In this document: one piece after another, positions 30,057 to 32,000 of the stretch | How positions within the stretch are numbered: position 1 is the stretch's first letter | Layout: every line of letters begins with the position of its first letter | DNA from: Pyrobaculum aerophilum str. IM2 | Lineage (GTDB): Archaea; Thermoproteota; Thermoprotei; Thermoproteales; Thermoproteaceae | Length of the DNA stretch: 32,000 nt | Direction: 5' to 3' | Assembly: GCF_000007225.1 (NCBI RefSeq) | Contig: NC_003364.1 | Location: 2,190,431 to 2,222,430 of the forward strand | The notes under the pieces: generated by a model | Database searches by the model: none | What the model was told of the DNA's origin: nothing | Seen by the model: only the letters and a program-made list of their open reading frames with translations | Made by a program: the position numbers and the translations under genes

Positions 30057-31320
30057 GTGGCGGGAAGGAGAGCTTTTTCGCTTAGATGAGAAGGCGGAGC
30101 AATGCGGCGTGGGTAAAGAGGAGTTGAGAGAGGCTATTCTCATTTTAAGAGCCGCGTTGGGAGAGCACAGCAGACTTCCCAGCGGCGTAAGGGTAGATAC
30201 GCCTAGGCCTGACGTGAAGGGGGAGAAAGCCTTCGGCGGCTTTTGGGTCGGAGTGTTTGAAATCGGCGACTTCGAAATTGTAATTAGGCCAAGAGTTGAA
30301 AAATATGGAGAGATGCTGGCGCGTATACGCCGGGCTTTGGGGGACGTCAGCTGGATATACCTAACTGCGTCGAGTATATACGCCGGCGATTCGCGTCTTG
30401 CAATTTACGGAGAAGCCTATAGGCTTTTAGGGGAGTTGTGGCTCTTGGCGAGCAGAGAGCCGCGTTTTTTAACTGAGCGGGTTGTTGGCAGGGGGTCGCG
30501 GATCGGCCTCGGGGCAACTGGCCCCTACCTCCACGGGCGGAGGCGGGTGAGGAATAGGGCGCTTGCAAACGCAGTGGTTTTAGGCGTGAGGAGAGTGGCG
30601 GAGGCCGTGGATGAGGCGTATGAAATAGCCAAGACCTTGCCGACTGGGGTGAGGGAAGTGGTGGAGGAGTATTTGAGTTTAATATCCCGCGGCGCTGAGG
30701 CGGTTTTAGAAGAACTAGGCGATATGGCCTTGTGGATTGACGGGGAGGATTTAGGCGGCTATTGGCACGTGGCCTCAAGGGCTGTAAAAGGCCACAGCTG
30801 GGGCCGCCTTAGGGAAGCTGTCGGCAGATATGTAATGATTCCCAGCACAAAGCTATACGAGCTCTACGTATATGTCCTCTTTCTTGAAAACCTCGGCGCG
30901 CCATATAGAAAATGTGGCGATTTCTGTCTAGAGGTGGAAAACGCCAGGCTTTATTTCAACAAGGCGCCTCTGTCGCGGCTTGTTAAAAAACTATCTGGGA
31001 GGAGTCCCAAGCCCGACGTCACGTTTAAGCGCGGCTCTTCAATATCAATTATCGAGGCTAAGTACAGGGAGTTAAACGGCCGGGGGCTCGGGTTGCCAGA
31101 CGCGGTGAGAATAGCCGCGTATCTAGGCGACGTGGCCAGAAACGGGAAGTTGAAAGCAGTAGTTACCGCGTTGTCAACGCCTCAAGGCATTGAAAACCCC
31201 GTAAGGGCGAAAATTAGCAACGGCGTTGAGGCGGCGGTGTACTACGCAGTGGTTAACCCCGACTGGGATTCAAGCGGTGAGGTGAGGAGCGCCCTTGCTT
31301 TTATAATGTCAGACCCGTAG
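30034..31320 (+). CDS. mcrC: McrC-like PD-(D/E)xK nuclease subunit
   Basis: It overlaps the McrB-like gene by 23 nt. The C-terminal region 'TKLYELYVYVLFLENL...KPDVTFKRGSSISIIEAKYRE...PDAVRIAAYL' reproduces the McrC pattern (PD ... (D/E)AKY). Size is 428 aa. Confidence 0.7.
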   Translation: MNSRRRCEWREGELFRLDEKAEQCGVGKEELREAILILRAALGEHSRLPSGVRVDTPRPDVKGEKAFGGFWVGVFEIGDFEIVIRPRVEKYGEMLARIRRALGDVSWIYLTASSIYAGDSRLAIYGEAYRLLGELWLLASREPRFLTERVVGRGSRIGLGATGPYLHGRRRVRNRALANAVVLGVRRVAEAVDEAYEIAKTLPTGVREVVEEYLSLISRGAEAVLEELGDMALWIDGEDLGGYWHVASRAVKGHSWGRLREAVGRYVMIPSTKLYELYVYVLFLENLGAPYRKCGDFCLEVENARLYFNKAPLSRLVKKLSGRSPKPDVTFKRGSSISIIEAKYRELNGRGLGLPDAVRIAAYLGDVARNGKLKAVVTALSTPQGIENPVRAKISNGVEAAVYYAVVNPDWDSSGEVRSALAFIMSDP

Positions 31321-31904
31321 GGTATACACTCAGGCGGAGTCTTATTGTAAAAAACTACCACTGCCCTTTTAACAATCGGAGCGTATTTATCGGGAAGCCC
31401 GCGGTAAATGCCGTAGCAGAAACCGGCCTCTTGAGGATCTAAACCCCAATCCTTTAAGTAACAACTTGCTATGGCCAGCGCGCCGAGAGTCTCGGCGTCA
31501 ACTTTATCTATACATCGGCTCAGCCACATGCCCAGAGATGTGAGCATGGCCCTCTCCCCCGCTTTCCACCCCCCGCTGTGTCCAATGGCTAACACGCCCA
31601 TTCGCCTCAAGTCGTTGTACAACAACGCCTTGAAACCCCCACTAAATAACTTTACAATGCCCATATTGCCGAGGACCTCCTCTATAGCTGATTCCGCCGC
31701 CTCTCTGCTAATCTCCCTGCCGTTTAAAATTCTTTTTAATAACTGGCCGTATAGCTCCAAAGCCTGATCTTTAAGCTTGTGATAGCCTTGTAAAGTCTCG
31801 GCGTCATATTCCACATTACTTATTTCACTGCCTATTATATGTGTTTGCCGGCTTTCTAAAGTCTCTACTAATTTCCTTAAAAGGCTGATGCACTCATTTT
31901 CCAC
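31242..31904 (-). CDS. hypothetical protein (220 aa), convergent with the McrC-like gene
   Basis: GTG start with ATTTATAGG upstream on the minus strand. I recognise no motif. Its last 26 codons overlap the McrC-like 3' end by 79 nt, so one of the two ends may be wrong. Confidence 0.45.
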   Translation of the reverse strand: MENECISLLRKLVETLESRQTHIIGSEISNVEYDAETLQGYHKLKDQALELYGQLLKRILNGREISREAAESAIEEVLGNMGIVKLFSGGFKALLYNDLRRMGVLAIGHSGGWKAGERAMLTSLGMWLSRCIDKVDAETLGALAIASCYLKDWGLDPQEAGFCYGIYRGLPDKYAPIVKRAVVVFYNKTPPECIPYGSDIIKARALLTSPLESQSGLTTA

Positions 31905-32000
31905 ATAATTTTTTGCCTATAAATTCAACTTCGGGGAAAGGCTCTATTAATCGGCCTGGCGGGCAATTGACTATTTATTTTTTAGATGTTAGTGTTTGTC

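Noticed and set aside
1-32000. Search for CRISPR arrays, rRNA genes, integrase or transposase genes and long terminal repeats
   Set aside because: I saw no regularly spaced direct repeats of 24-37 nt, no rRNA-like conserved stretches, and no recombinase motifs. The only long exact repeats are the two inverted tracts inside the FtsX paralogs.

Overview
This 32-kb window looks like chromosomal DNA from a hyperthermophilic crenarchaeon of the Thermoproteales (Pyrobaculum/Thermoproteus-like). The signs are G+C visibly above 50% in genes, three PaREP1-type genes, A/T-rich TATA elements 22-27 nt upstream of most start codons (leaderless architecture), and Pro/Thr-rich stalks with many N-x-S/T sequons in exported proteins. 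All family calls come from motif recognition by eye; no searches were run.

Housekeeping genes:
- thiolase
- MetE-type methyltransferase-fold protein
- class I/II aminotransferase-like protein
- PP-loop tRNA-thiolase-like ATPase
- KptA/Tpt1
- AmmeMemoRadiSam-type radical SAM enzyme
- SppA-type peptidase
- UPF0282-type metallo-beta-lactamase protein

Accessory content:
1. Three paralogous FtsX/MacB-type permeases, with no ABC ATPase anywhere in the window. Two of them are inverted relative to each other and share a perfect 106-nt tract and a perfect 56-nt tract.
2. A 705-aa CARDB-like surface protein.
3. An AT-rich island encoding a 62-aa secreted four-cysteine peptide. It sits directly upstream of the third FtsX-like gene, which overlaps the radical SAM gene by 8 nt. 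This is a candidate peptide production/export/immunity module.
4. An McrBC-type GTPase/nuclease pair, preceded by what looks like a decayed reader domain in the same reading frame.
5. A translationally coupled pair of paralogous zinc-ribbon membrane proteins.
6. A membrane-tethered wHTH protein.
7. Several disrupted genes: a PaREP1 gene with a -1 shift at A-AAT-TTT, a beta-carbonic anhydrase with one in-frame TAG, and two further remnants.

I could not support any rRNA, tRNA or CRISPR array.
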